DNA of 64,000 nucleotides, taken from Limnohabitans sp. Its GTDB lineage: Bacteria; Pseudomonadota; Gammaproteobacteria; Burkholderiales; Burkholderiaceae_C. Under the pieces are notes generated by a model. It searched no databases, had not been told where the DNA came from, and worked only from the letters and a program-made list of their open reading frames with translations. The position numbers were made by a program, and so were the translations under genes. The stretch is taken from positions 50,413 through 114,412 of the forward strand of contig CAXNMP010000004.1 in the NCBI GenBank assembly GCA_964203565.1. The letters are read 5' to 3'. Shown in pieces: positions 37,601 through 47,764 of the stretch (its first letter is position 1; each line of letters begins with the position of its first letter).

Positions 37601-38188
37601 TTAGCCGGGCAAAACAAATTGCAAGAAGAAATCCTGACCTTGTTGCACCATGGACAAGCTTGGATCAAACAAAAAATCTTTTTGATTGCTGGGGTGATTT
37701 GGCAAGTAAAGTTGGGTGGTGAGAACTTGTCCTCCCTTGCGCTGAACTTTGACATGTAAATGGGGTGTTCTTCCAGGATATGAGCCTGGAATCAACGTTT
37801 CCAGAAAAAATTCTCCTTTGCTATTGGCGTATTGATGCCCTCGCAAACTAAAGCCGTTTGTATCGTACTCACCTTTTTCATCGCACTGCCAAAAATCCAG
37901 CAAGGCGCCAGGCACCGGCCTACATGCTGTATCAACCACAAGCCCCTTCAAACGCATACGTGGCGCTTTCATTTTCGGTTCGACAAGATTGCGTCGCTCG
38001 GGTGAGAGCGGTATGAAGAAGGGCCCTTGCATCTGAGGAGGCGTTTGTGTTTCACACAACTGCTTAGCCGACTTCTGCGCCCAAGACTTTGGACTGGTTA
38101 GGATGGCGGGCGTGATAAGACCCATTAAAGACACAAAGCGTCCATAACGCTTCAGAATGTTTCGACGGGTAATGGGTATTTTTTCCAA
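37601..38188 (-). CDS. Intradiol ring-cleavage dioxygenase-like protein (Tat signal)
   Basis: TRRNIL, QGPFF, DFWQCDEKGEYD, LRGHQ, YPGRTPHLH.KV. Confidence 0.88.
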   Translation of the reverse strand: MEKIPITRRNILKRYGRFVSLMGLITPAILTSPKSWAQKSAKQLCETQTPPQMQGPFFIPLSPERRNLVEPKMKAPRMRLKGLVVDTACRPVPGALLDFWQCDEKGEYDTNGFSLRGHQYANSKGEFFLETLIPGSYPGRTPHLHVKVQRKGGQVLTTQLYLPNHPSNQKDFLFDPSLSMVQQGQDFFLQFVLPG

Positions 38189-38234
38189 TGCTGTGATCCA
38201 AGTTGTTAAGCAAAAAGGGACATGGCGTCAAAAG

Positions 38235-39443
38235 CTAACTCAGCAGGTTCAACAAGCCCGTGATCAACAATGCGTTAGTAAAGTCGATGAAAAATGCACC
38301 TACGATGGGAGCGACCAAAAACGCACGAGGCGATGGCCCATAGCGTTGCACCACGGAGTGCATGACGGCCATGGCATTGGCTGTGGTGCCCAGCATGAAG
38401 CCAATGAAGCCGCCGCTCATGACAGCTGCGTCGTAATCCCGACCCATGACCTTGAAAACCACATACCAGCAAAAAACAGCCACGGCAACGACTTGAACGA
38501 CCAGATTGACCAACAAGGGTGCCGCAATGGAGGTCAGTTCCCACAGTTTTAAATTCATCAAGGCCACTGACAAGAACAAGGACAGGCAGACCACGCCAAT
38601 GCGTTCCGTCAGCTCATGTGGGATATTGAGCCATCTAGTCTGATCATCGATATTTCGAATCAAAGCTCCCATGATCATGGCACCGACATAGCCCGGCAGT
38701 GTCAAATCCGCCGACTTCATCACGCCACCCAACCAAGCACCAACCCCCATGGCAACAAGCAACACGCTCAAGCCTTTGAGTACCGTCAACATATTGCCTT
38801 CTTCATCACTTGATGAATCCACAGAAGAACTGGTGCTGGTTTGTGCTGTGGGTGTCAAAGTGGGAGCAGCTGCTTGCAATTGGTGATGATCAAGCAAGCG
38901 TGTCACGATGGGTCCACCCACCAAGCCACCCATGACAATACCTGCCATTGCAGCAGCAATGGCCACTGACTCTGCAGAAGCCACTCCAGCAGCTGCAAAC
39001 TGCGGTGCAAATGCCAATGCGGTTGCAGGACCTCCGGTCAGTGCAGCTGGACCCATCAGCACTCCCAGCAATGGGGATTGACCAAAGGCAACAGCGGTGG
39101 CTATGCCGATCACACTTTGGATCACAGCCAAAAATGTTGCAAGTGCGAGAAATACCAACGCTTGTCGGGTTCCAGCTCTTAACAAACCAACACTGGCACT
39201 CAAACCAATCGATGTGAAAAATGCAGTCATCAATGGCGCTTGCAAGGTGGTATCAAACTTGACAGCCACCAAATTGGATTCGCGCGATAGGGTCACCAGG
39301 ATCGCAATCACCAGACCGCCAACAACAGCAGCAGGAATGTTGTAGCGCCGCAGCACGGGCACACGGTTCAGGATAGACATCCCCAAAAACAGCGCGATGG
39401 CGCCGACCGCCGTTGTTTGAATAAAGTCGAGAGACCAGGTCAT
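38235..39443 (-). CDS. gltS: Sodium/glutamate symporter (GltS family)
   Basis: IP.AVVGGL, AFFTSIGL, LTGGPATA, G.LVGGP, DYDAAV..GG..GF.LG.T.NA, FL..P.VGAFFIDF.N. Confidence 0.88.
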   Translation of the reverse strand: MTWSLDFIQTTAVGAIALFLGMSILNRVPVLRRYNIPAAVVGGLVIAILVTLSRESNLVAVKFDTTLQAPLMTAFFTSIGLSASVGLLRAGTRQALVFLALATFLAVIQSVIGIATAVAFGQSPLLGVLMGPAALTGGPATALAFAPQFAAAGVASAESVAIAAAMAGIVMGGLVGGPIVTRLLDHHQLQAAAPTLTPTAQTSTSSSVDSSSDEEGNMLTVLKGLSVLLVAMGVGAWLGGVMKSADLTLPGYVGAMIMGALIRNIDDQTRWLNIPHELTERIGVVCLSLFLSVALMNLKLWELTSIAAPLLVNLVVQVVAVAVFCWYVVFKVMGRDYDAAVMSGGFIGFMLGTTANAMAVMHSVVQRYGPSPRAFLVAPIVGAFFIDFTNALLITGLLNLLS

Positions 39444-39726
39444 TGTTTTATTCCCGTCAAAATCATGATGAATTCCTAGGTTTGAACTAGTCCTGCTGTT
39501 GATCACATTATCCAACGACCTGCAAGCCTACATCGGCATAACCCGAATACAGTTTTGACACTATTGAATGTCAACTGAATGTTATGAATGTCGCCCAATC
39601 ATTTGGTGGTGAAGGAAAAAAACTGATTGCGACATGGGTATTGTCTGCATATCAACAAGTTTTATGTACTTCGGACTACACTGCGTTTGAGGATTTTTTG
39701 TATTGCTTTCTTTTTTGGAGTTCACT

Positions 39727-40653
39727 ATGCACGGTAGATTTCTTTCTGTTGCTTTGGCTTTGGTGATGGGTTTTTACAGTTTGAGTGCTGAAGCCGCAAA
39801 GCGCATGGGCTCAGGCAAGTCTGTTGGCCAACAATCTAATAATGTCTCCCAAACACAAGGCACCAAGCCTGCACAAAATGCAACACCCGCTACCCCAGCT
39901 TCTTCACCGGCTGCGGCGGCACCACAAAGACGTCCATGGGGCGCTATGCTCGGCGGACTCGCAGCTGGTCTTGGGCTAGCTTGGCTTGCAAGTTCCATGG
40001 GGTTTGGGGAAGAACTTGCGCAGTTCATGATGTTTGGTCTCATAGCTTTGGTCATCATGATGGTTGTGGGTTACGTCATGCGACGCAGATCAACAGCCCA
40101 AAACACTGTGCAAAACACAAGTCCCTTGGCCTTTCAAGGTGCGGGGGCAACACCACCGCTACAGCAACAAACGACCCAATTCAATACACGTCCCCATGCG
40201 ACCCATTCCTCATCGGGCAGCATGATTGGCTCAGCGGTCAGCGGATTTCAACCCACATGGTCAATCCCAGATGGCTTTGATGCCAACGGATTCCTTCATC
40301 AGGCCAAAGAAAATTTCGTCATCATGCAAGATGCTTGGGATCGATCGGATACTGCCAGCCTGCGTAAGCTGATGACAGACAATATGTTGACTGAAATCAA
40401 AGCACAAATTGCTGAGCGCGACGCCACCAGTTCTGTCGGCCAAATGACCAAAACTGAAGTGGTTTCCCTAGAGGCCAAGTTACTCGGCATTGAAGAAACA
40501 TATGACAGCCACCTTGCCAGTGTGGAGTTCTCCGGAATGATTCGCGAAGATGCCGGATCCCAAGCCGAGGCATTCCATGAAGTCTGGAATATGTCACTCA
40601 GCAAAACCGCCAACAGTGGCTGGCTTGTGGCTGGTATCCAGGCTACCAGTTAA
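39727..40653 (+). CDS. Tim44 domain-containing protein
   Basis: AEAAKRMGSGKSVGQQS, WGAMLGGLAAGLGLA, FL..AK.NF..MQ.AWD, ASVEFSG, W..AGIQ. Confidence 0.9.
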   Translation: MHGRFLSVALALVMGFYSLSAEAAKRMGSGKSVGQQSNNVSQTQGTKPAQNATPATPASSPAAAAPQRRPWGAMLGGLAAGLGLAWLASSMGFGEELAQFMMFGLIALVIMMVVGYVMRRRSTAQNTVQNTSPLAFQGAGATPPLQQQTTQFNTRPHATHSSSGSMIGSAVSGFQPTWSIPDGFDANGFLHQAKENFVIMQDAWDRSDTASLRKLMTDNMLTEIKAQIAERDATSSVGQMTKTEVVSLEAKLLGIEETYDSHLASVEFSGMIREDAGSQAEAFHEVWNMSLSKTANSGWLVAGIQATS

Positions 40654-40677
40654 TACAAAATCAAAGCTGCATCAAAG

Positions 40678-40959
40678 TCACTCTGTGACTTTGACGCCTT
40701 TCCAAAAAGCCACACGGCCGCGAATTTCTTCAGCCTGTGGCTTTGGATCTGCGTAAAACCATACGGCGTCATTGTTCAATTCACCGTTGACCAGCAGTGA
40801 CAAATAACTGGCCTGTCCTTTCCATGCGCAAATAGTTTTGTGGTTGCTGTTAGAAACATAGTTTTGATTCAGTGACTCGGCTGGGAAGTAATGGTTACCT
40901 TCTAGCAAAACTGTGTCCTTGCTTTCGGCAACCAAGGTATCTTTCCAAATAGCTTTCAT
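40678..40959 (-). CDS. DUF427 domain-containing protein
   Basis: MKAIW....AES..TV..EGNHYFP, T.CAWKG.ASY, AVW.Y..PK. Confidence 0.9.
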   Translation of the reverse strand: MKAIWKDTLVAESKDTVLLEGNHYFPAESLNQNYVSNSNHKTICAWKGQASYLSLLVNGELNNDAVWFYADPKPQAEEIRGRVAFWKGVKVTE

Positions 40960-41918
40960 GATGGTGTTTCCTGTTTGTGGGGAATGTTGAGCCAGAGCAG
41001 GCCAAAGTACTGTTGTTGATCGGTCCAAAATGACCCAGCTCGTAGACCTGCTAACCGTGCCGCTTGTTGTACGCCGGCAATCGTGAACTTGTGGGAGTAC
41101 TCCGTGTGAAGGGTTTCGCCTTGCGCAAACGTATACGCCTGTGCGTTTAGATGAACAGTTTGCGACTTCAAACTAAGCAAATGCATTTCAATTCTTTGCA
41201 ACGGAGCGTTATAGAAAGCACTGTGCACAAATTGCGTCAGATCAAAATCACACCCTAGTTCTCGATTCGCACGTGTCAACAGGTTGAGGTTGAAGGCAGC
41301 CGTCACTTCTTGCGAATCATTGTATGCCGCGTGTAAAACCGCAGGTGATTTGATCAGGTCGACACCAAGCAACAAGGCGCCGCCACGCAAGTGCTCAGCA
41401 CAGTTTTGAAAGAAAGTATGCGCTTGAGCGGGTGAAAAATTGCCGATGGTTGAACCTGGGAAAAATGCAACTCGCTTGCCTGTACCAGGCAAAGAAGATG
41501 GCAGATGCCATTGGTTGGTGTAGTCAGCCACCAAAGGAAGGATCTGCAGATTGACAAACTCAGTTTGCAACTCTGCACTGGCAGCATGCAAATGTGGGCC
41601 GGAAATATCCATAGGCACATAGCGAGATGGCTTGATGGCTGCATGAAGTAAAGAACGAATTTTTATCAATGAACCTGCACCAAATTCAATGATGTCAGCG
41701 TTTTCACCCATGTGTTTAGATATATCTTCTGCATGGGTTTGCAAAATGGACAACTCAGTTCGAGTTGGGTAGTACTCAGGCAATTCGCAAATACGGTCAA
41801 ACAGGGCTGATCCCGCTTGGTCGTAAAAATATTTGGGTGAAATACGCTTGGGCGTTTGCGACAGCGCTGCTTGCATGTCCTGCATGAATAGCAGGCGTTC
41901 AGATTCAGTAGCGGTCAT
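40956..41918 (-). CDS. egtD: L-histidine N-alpha-methyltransferase
   Basis: K.ISPKYFYD..GS.LFD.IC.LPEYYPTRTE, FFPGSTIGN, GVDLIK, HAAYND...VTAAFNLN, LHTEYSHKF. Confidence 0.93.
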   Translation of the reverse strand: MTATESERLLFMQDMQAALSQTPKRISPKYFYDQAGSALFDRICELPEYYPTRTELSILQTHAEDISKHMGENADIIEFGAGSLIKIRSLLHAAIKPSRYVPMDISGPHLHAASAELQTEFVNLQILPLVADYTNQWHLPSSLPGTGKRVAFFPGSTIGNFSPAQAHTFFQNCAEHLRGGALLLGVDLIKSPAVLHAAYNDSQEVTAAFNLNLLTRANRELGCDFDLTQFVHSAFYNAPLQRIEMHLLSLKSQTVHLNAQAYTFAQGETLHTEYSHKFTIAGVQQAARLAGLRAGSFWTDQQQYFGLLWLNIPHKQETPS

Positions 41919-41920
41919 AT

Positions 41921-43141
41921 TCAGTGGTTTGAGTTGTCTTTGGCTAAACGCAAGCCGCTGAACTGCCAGCGTACATGGGCAGGAAAAAAATTACGGTAGG
42001 TCTGGCGACTGTGTTGTGCAGGCGTTGCAAGACTGCCTCCACGCAGCACTTGCTGACCCACCATGAATTTGCCGTTGTACTCGCGTACCGCACCATTGGC
42101 CGGCACAAACCCTGGGTAAGGCTCATAGGCCGAGCGGGTCCATTGCCACACCTGTGAATACAAGTCGTGCATGGCTTTGTGAGTACTTGCAATTTCCCAC
42201 TCAAATTCTGTGGGTAGACGGGCACCACACCATTGTGCAAATGCTGATGCTTCATAAAAACTCAGGTTAGCCACAGGCGCTTGTGGGTTGAGTTCTTGCA
42301 AGCCGTTCAAGCCAAACACCTGCCACTGGTCTGAGTGAGACCGAGGATCGTCAGGGGCCAACCAATACAGTGGGCATTGCCAACCGTTTTGCAGAACTTG
42401 AGAGCGGCCTTCGGAGAGCCAGAGGTCTGCGTTGTCATAGCCGCCGTCTTTGATAAACGACAGGTACTCGCCGCAGGTCACCAACCGATTGGCGATCTGA
42501 AACCTTTGAACAAACCGCTGATGTTTCGGTGTTTCGTTGTCGAATGAAAAACCTGCTTGATCAACTGATCTGCCAATCTCAGACAAGCTTTCATCAAACG
42601 AAAGCCATTGCATCTCTGCGCAAGAGGTTGGCGGGTATATGAAAGAAGTGTTGTAGGCAGGTAGCAAGGGATGACAAGACAGCAAATGCAAGGCATCGGT
42701 CAGAAATAACTCTTGGTGTTGTTGCTCGTGGTTCATGCCAAGCTCTATCAAGGCCAATAATTCTTCGTTGAGAGAATCTGTGTTCATCAACAGTTGTTGC
42801 ATAGCGGCATCCACGTGCTGTCGAAATGCAAGCACCTGTTGCAACGACGGCCGTGTCAGCAATCCGCGCTGCGGACGCGGATGCCGTGGTCCCAAGGCTT
42901 CGTAATACGAGTTGAAAAGATAAGCAAAAGAAGCGTCAAACACTTGGTAACTGGGCAAAAAAGGTAGCAGCACCAAATTTTCAAAAAACCAGCTGGTATG
43001 CGCCAAATGCCATTTAGTGGGACTGGTGTCTGGCATTGACTGCACACACTGATCCTCGGCGCTTAAAGGCGCAGCTAGGTTCAAAGAGTGTTGGCGCAGA
43101 AATGTGTAGCGGTCTGGTAGCGAGTAATGCATGTACGTCAA
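41921..43141 (-). CDS. egtB: Ergothioneine biosynthesis sulfoxide synthase
   Basis: QSMPD.SP.KWHLAHT.WFFE, FNSYY, HEQQHQEL..TD, FGE-sulfatase domain, NGKFM, YRNFF..RWQFSG.RLA. Confidence 0.93.
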   Translation of the reverse strand: MTYMHYSLPDRYTFLRQHSLNLAAPLSAEDQCVQSMPDTSPTKWHLAHTSWFFENLVLLPFLPSYQVFDASFAYLFNSYYEALGPRHPRPQRGLLTRPSLQQVLAFRQHVDAAMQQLLMNTDSLNEELLALIELGMNHEQQHQELFLTDALHLLSCHPLLPAYNTSFIYPPTSCAEMQWLSFDESLSEIGRSVDQAGFSFDNETPKHQRFVQRFQIANRLVTCGEYLSFIKDGGYDNADLWLSEGRSQVLQNGWQCPLYWLAPDDPRSHSDQWQVFGLNGLQELNPQAPVANLSFYEASAFAQWCGARLPTEFEWEIASTHKAMHDLYSQVWQWTRSAYEPYPGFVPANGAVREYNGKFMVGQQVLRGGSLATPAQHSRQTYRNFFPAHVRWQFSGLRLAKDNSNH

Positions 43142-43319
43142 ATTTTATGCGTCAAACTGGTTTATTCAATTCACCCGATTTCATCAGGTCTAAAGTGCAT
43201 GCCAATCTATTCATAGCCAAAAGTGATGTAGCCTATTCAGATGCAGTCTACTCTTCAGAAATTACAAAGCCATTCTCGATAAAATAAGCCTACACATTGC
43301 TGTTGATGAAGGAAATTGT

Positions 43320-43517
43320 ATGAGTGAAGACCCAAGATGCTGTGGCACCGGAACCTGCATCATCAACGCGGATGGCGTTTGTTGGTGTGGCCAAGCATGG
43401 GACGGAGAAAAAATGTGTATGCCAAAAATAATGAAGAATGCTGATCTTGAAAAAGATAAAAAGACCGTTGATATGGATACCGATAGCTCTGATAGCAGTC
43501 GCATCAACCCACATTAG
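43320..43517 (+). CDS. Small Cys-rich hypothetical protein
   Basis: AAGGA RBS; CCGTGTCIINADGVCWCGQAWDGEKMC. Confidence 0.6.
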   Translation: MSEDPRCCGTGTCIINADGVCWCGQAWDGEKMCMPKIMKNADLEKDKKTVDMDTDSSDSSRINPH

Positions 43518-43965
43518 CTGGATTGAGGATGACTTAGGTGTTTTACTGACCGTGGCCGACAGTCCATTTGATTTGATTGGCACCTTGCGCAATCAGATGA
43601 ATAAAGCCACAAGAAATTGTGAAAGCGTTGTACGTTTAACGCCTTCACAAGACAAGTACCAAATGGCTCAAAGCTTGATTCATTCTTACAGCCCACCAGA
43701 CTCAAGATTTGCTCAACTGGCAAGCGTGTGGTCTTTGGGGTCTTGGGTTTTGGTAGAAGTTGAATTCAAGGACCTTCTTCCTGCAGTGGTCCTTATTAAA
43801 GATACAGACAAAGTCGCCTCCATAGTTCCAGAAGGAATTTGGAGTGGCTACACCAACCCACACAAATCAGCCTCATTCATACGCAAGTACCTCATCCAAA
43901 AAGTTGATTCCGCTCCTGTGGAACTGATCAATTGTTTTGACCCTCAATCGCAGTCGTTCAGATAA
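43438..43965 (+). CDS. Hypothetical protein with N-terminal hydrophobic segment
   Basis: 175-aa ORF; overlaps the previous ORF, so the start is uncertain. Confidence 0.55.
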   Translation: MLILKKIKRPLIWIPIALIAVASTHISWIEDDLGVLLTVADSPFDLIGTLRNQMNKATRNCESVVRLTPSQDKYQMAQSLIHSYSPPDSRFAQLASVWSLGSWVLVEVEFKDLLPAVVLIKDTDKVASIVPEGIWSGYTNPHKSASFIRKYLIQKVDSAPVELINCFDPQSQSFR

Positions 43966-44039
43966 AACACCCATATGATGGAAACTGTCCATTCTTCAAC
44001 ATCAAACACAACCATCACGATTGGCTCATCCGCTATATG

Positions 44040-44210
44040 GTGACCACAAGCGCTTCGTACAAAGGGAACAAACAAAACTTGCCTAGCAAGCCCTGCCAAG
44101 TTTGCGGACGACCTATGACTTGGCGTAAGTCATGGGCGAAGAATTGGCAGGAAGTGAAATACTGTTCCGATGCTTGTCGAAAAAACAAAACAAGCAGTCA
44201 TACCCCATGA
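44040..44210 (+). CDS. DUF2256 domain-containing protein
   Basis: Manual ORF (56 aa): [40 protein letters not shown]. Confidence 0.88.
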   Translation: MTTSASYKGNKQNLPSKPCQVCGRPMTWRKSWAKNWQEVKYCSDACRKNKTSSHTP

Positions 44211-44240
44211 GTTTCTCAAGGTAATCCTAGGCTTTTGCAT

Positions 44241-45824
44241 ATGAAAACATCCATTCGCCATCTGGTGCTTGTCTTGGGAGATCAACTCAACGAGGACGCT
44301 TCATCCTTTAACGGTTTTGATCCGACACTCGATGCAGTGTGGATGGCAGAAGTGGATGAGGAGTCTACGCATGTCGTATCTGCCAAGCAGCGCACAACGA
44401 TTTTTTTAAGTGCCATGCGCCATTTCGCATTAGCCTTGCGTGAAAAAGGCTGGCATGTTTTGTACAGCGAGTTGGACGCACCAAACAACCAAGGCAGCTT
44501 AGCCGGGGAGCTTGAAAAAGCTTTAACCCAGCACCAACCCGACACACTCATCATGACCGCGCCCGGCGAATGGCGTGTGCTACAAAACTTGCGGGCAGTA
44601 GCGGCAAGGCATCAAAAGGTGTTAGAGGTGCGTGATGACATGCATTTTTTCAGCACGGTGCGGGATTTTGCAGCGCATGCAGCCAATCGCAAGCAGATTC
44701 GGTTGGAATATTTCTATCGCGAACTCCGGCTCAAAACCGGCATCCTGATGGATGGGAAAAAGCCAATTGGCGGCAAGTGGAATTTTGATGCAGACAACCG
44801 TGGCAGCTTTGGCAAACACGGGCCAGTTGCGCTTCCCTCCCCCACACGCTTCGCACCCGATCAAATCACGCAAGAGGTGATTCGCTTGGTGCAACAACGA
44901 TTCGCCCACCATCCTGGCTCAGTCGACAGTTTTGCTTGGCCTGTCACACGCCCACAAGCATTGCTGGCCTTGAGTGAATTTGTGGCGCATCGCTTACCAA
45001 GCTTTGGACTCTACCAAGATGCCATGTGGGAAGGCGAGGTTTGGCTTTACCACTCGCATCTGTCTTCTGCGCTCAATTTAAAGTTACTCAACCCAAGAGA
45101 AGTCTGTGAAGCAGCCGCTAAGGCTTATCACGAAGGGCATGCACCCTTAGAAGCTGTTGAAGGTTTTGTGCGACAGGTATTAGGGTGGCGCGAATACGTG
45201 CGAGGCATTTACTGGAGTCATATGCCTAACTACCTTGAGCTCAACACCTCGAATGCACAGGCCGCTCTGCCCGGCTTTTATTGGACGGGCCAAACAGACA
45301 TGGCTTGCCTTCGTGACGCTATTGAACAAACCCTCAAGCATGGCTATGCACATCACATTCAGCGCTTGATGGTCACGGGCCTATACGCACTTTTATTAGG
45401 GGTCCAGCCTAAACAAGTCCATGCTTGGTATTTGGGTGTTTATGTGGACGCTGTTGAATGGGTGGAGCTTCCCAACACTTTAGGTATGAGTCAATTTGCC
45501 GATGGTGGCCTGATGGCCAGCAAGCCCTATGTGGCTAGCGGTAAGTACATAGACCGCATGAGCAACCATTGCAAAGGCTGCAAATTCAACCCCGCAGAGT
45601 CAACTGGGGACAAAGCCTGCCCTTTCACTACCCTGTATTGGGATTACTTGAACACCCATGCTGACACCTTAGCGAAAAATCCGCGAATGCTGATGCAGTT
45701 GAAAAATCTCCACCGGCTGACAGATGAAAACAAACTTCTGATTGCCGAGCAAGCCCAAAAGCATCGCTCATCAGTTCTGAGCCACCCACTCCCAGGTGCC
45801 GAGCACATAGACCCTTTATTCTGA
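44241..45824 (+). CDS. FeS-BCP/CryPro-type cryptochrome/(6-4) photolyase family protein
   Basis: LVLVLGDQL, RLEYFYR, GGKWNFDADNR, YHS.LS.ALNL.LL, EGFVRQ.LGWREYVR, HHIQRLMV, KPY..SG.YI.RMS..C..C, ACPF (Fe-S Cys). Confidence 0.92.
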   Translation: MKTSIRHLVLVLGDQLNEDASSFNGFDPTLDAVWMAEVDEESTHVVSAKQRTTIFLSAMRHFALALREKGWHVLYSELDAPNNQGSLAGELEKALTQHQPDTLIMTAPGEWRVLQNLRAVAARHQKVLEVRDDMHFFSTVRDFAAHAANRKQIRLEYFYRELRLKTGILMDGKKPIGGKWNFDADNRGSFGKHGPVALPSPTRFAPDQITQEVIRLVQQRFAHHPGSVDSFAWPVTRPQALLALSEFVAHRLPSFGLYQDAMWEGEVWLYHSHLSSALNLKLLNPREVCEAAAKAYHEGHAPLEAVEGFVRQVLGWREYVRGIYWSHMPNYLELNTSNAQAALPGFYWTGQTDMACLRDAIEQTLKHGYAHHIQRLMVTGLYALLLGVQPKQVHAWYLGVYVDAVEWVELPNTLGMSQFADGGLMASKPYVASGKYIDRMSNHCKGCKFNPAESTGDKACPFTTLYWDYLNTHADTLAKNPRMLMQLKNLHRLTDENKLLIAEQAQKHRSSVLSHPLPGAEHIDPLF

Positions 45825-45838
45825 TCAGATAATCTACA

Positions 45839-46303
45839 ATGTCTGACTTGTTTATAAACCAAGAAACCCAGGTAAGGAAACCTATGTATAAAGTCTTTAG
45901 TCTTGTTTTTGCTGTCCTTTTCCTTATTTCCGCTGGTTTGCAATGGAATGACCCAGACCCTTATTTATGGATCCCGTTGTACCTTCTTTCAGTTTTATCT
46001 TGCGCTTACGCTTTCAAGGGTATGAGTGCCAAACGCCTCAATATTTTTAACATTGCTGTTTATTCTGTTTATGCTGTGTACTTATTCTTGGAGAAAGACG
46101 GCGTGATTTCCTGGGCTACTGAGCACCATTTCGACTCCTTGACCCAATCTATGCTGGCCTCTTCACCTTGGATCGAAAACACCAGAGAATTTGGTGGACT
46201 CTTCATTATGTTGGTGGTTTGCGCCATCAATTTGTATGTCGGCAGACAACAACTGTCCGACGAAAACTTTTCCGAAGCAGACGAGAAGCACGTTAGTACC
46301 TGA
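45839..46303 (+). CDS. Transmembrane-220 family protein
   Basis: AGLQWNDPDP.LW..LY, IE..REFGGL. Confidence 0.8.
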   Translation: MSDLFINQETQVRKPMYKVFSLVFAVLFLISAGLQWNDPDPYLWIPLYLLSVLSCAYAFKGMSAKRLNIFNIAVYSVYAVYLFLEKDGVISWATEHHFDSLTQSMLASSPWIENTREFGGLFIMLVVCAINLYVGRQQLSDENFSEADEKHVST

Positions 46304-46327
46304 ACCTTCAACCCAAAGAAAGCCTTT

Positions 46328-47626
46328 ATGTTTTTTTCCAGAATTTTTCAACTTCTTGTTGCCAGTCTGTGTGTGTCGTCCACTGCATGGGCAGAAACAC
46401 CTATCCAATTGGTGAAGGTCGTAGGTGGCTTGAACAAGCCATTAGCCATGGTTCAGCCACATGGTGAATCGCGCATGTTCATCATGGAACACGAGGGACT
46501 GATCAAAGTTTTGGAAGACGGCAAAATCACTCACACACTTTTGGACTTGACGTCCAAAGTTCTGCCTTTTAACTCCGACTACAGCGAAGCCGGTTTGTTA
46601 GGCATGGCCATTCATCCCAACTTTCAGAAAAACGGAAAGATTTATGTGGCGTATTCTGCCCCCTTGGGGTCAGACAACACCGTCGCGCCAGCTGGTTATT
46701 CCCACCTCAATGTGGTGGAAGAATTTGTGGTCAGCAAATCTTCAAAAAATCGCATAGACCCTAATTCAGGTAAGCGTGTCCACTCTTTGCCTTGGCCGAA
46801 TTTCAACCACAATGGGCATTGGATCGGTTTTGGTCCAGACCAAATGCTCTACATATCTACGGGTGATGGCGGCTACAAGGCCGAATGGACAGAGAAAAAG
46901 GCCAACTTCAACAGCCAAAATTTAGACAATTACTTCGGCAAAATACTTCGCATTGATGTTTCACAAAGCACCAAAAGCAAGCCTTACCGGGTTCCTGCTG
47001 ACAACCCCATGGTCAAAGTACCCCAAGCACTTCCCGAAATTTGGGCATTTGGTTTGCGTGACCCTTGGCGTTGTTCTTTTGATACCAAAGGAAGCAAGCA
47101 GTTAATTTGTGGTGATGTACAAGAAGACAGCTTTGAGTCCATCAAGATCATTGAAAAAGGCAAGAACATGGGATGGCCGATAGTTGAAGGCAAAATGCGC
47201 TGCTTCAACTGGGACAACCCACAGTCCCACAAAGACAACTGCGACAAGTCAGCCATCAATCCTGCTGTGATCGAATACCCCAATTGCACTGCTGTGCCTG
47301 CCGGTTGCAAAGGTATCTCCGTGGCTGGCGGTTATGTACACCGCGGCAACTCCTCACAGTTGAATGGCAAGTATATTTTTGGCGACTGGAGTAAGCGGTT
47401 TGACCAAAATGAGGGTCAAGTTTTCGTTGCCACGCCAGCCAAGGAAGGTTCTTGGTCTATGGTTAACACCAGCATCAAAATGAGTGAGCCGACTGCCAAT
47501 GGAAAATTGCCCTATATTTTGTCTTTTGCACAAGACAGCAGTGGCAATGTGTATGCTTTGACAGCTGTTAACAGCAAGCGCAACAAAGTGTTTGAAGACG
47601 CCATCTACATGGTCAAAGCAGATTGA
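46328..47626 (+). CDS. PQQ-dependent sugar dehydrogenase-like (GSDH) beta-propeller
   Basis: E.GLLGMAIHPNF, NHNG..I.FGPD..LYISTGDGG, GKILRID, EIWAFGLRDPWR.SFD. Confidence 0.9.
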   Translation: MFFSRIFQLLVASLCVSSTAWAETPIQLVKVVGGLNKPLAMVQPHGESRMFIMEHEGLIKVLEDGKITHTLLDLTSKVLPFNSDYSEAGLLGMAIHPNFQKNGKIYVAYSAPLGSDNTVAPAGYSHLNVVEEFVVSKSSKNRIDPNSGKRVHSLPWPNFNHNGHWIGFGPDQMLYISTGDGGYKAEWTEKKANFNSQNLDNYFGKILRIDVSQSTKSKPYRVPADNPMVKVPQALPEIWAFGLRDPWRCSFDTKGSKQLICGDVQEDSFESIKIIEKGKNMGWPIVEGKMRCFNWDNPQSHKDNCDKSAINPAVIEYPNCTAVPAGCKGISVAGGYVHRGNSSQLNGKYIFGDWSKRFDQNEGQVFVATPAKEGSWSMVNTSIKMSEPTANGKLPYILSFAQDSSGNVYALTAVNSKRNKVFEDAIYMVKAD

Positions 47627-47764
47627 AGCGCTGTCTTGGTCACCATTAGCCAAGACACCGCTTTACTCCGTCTAAGGTGATTTTTTGAGGGGTCACCTGT
47701 CGAATTAAGTTATTCTCGGGAATGAATTCGGATTCAACGTCTGTTCATTCACCAAGGAGTTGCC

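Noticed and set aside
41921-43141. Selenoneine synthase SenA
   Set aside because: No SenB glycosyltransferase or SelD/SenC neighbour; the adjacent egtD favours egtB.
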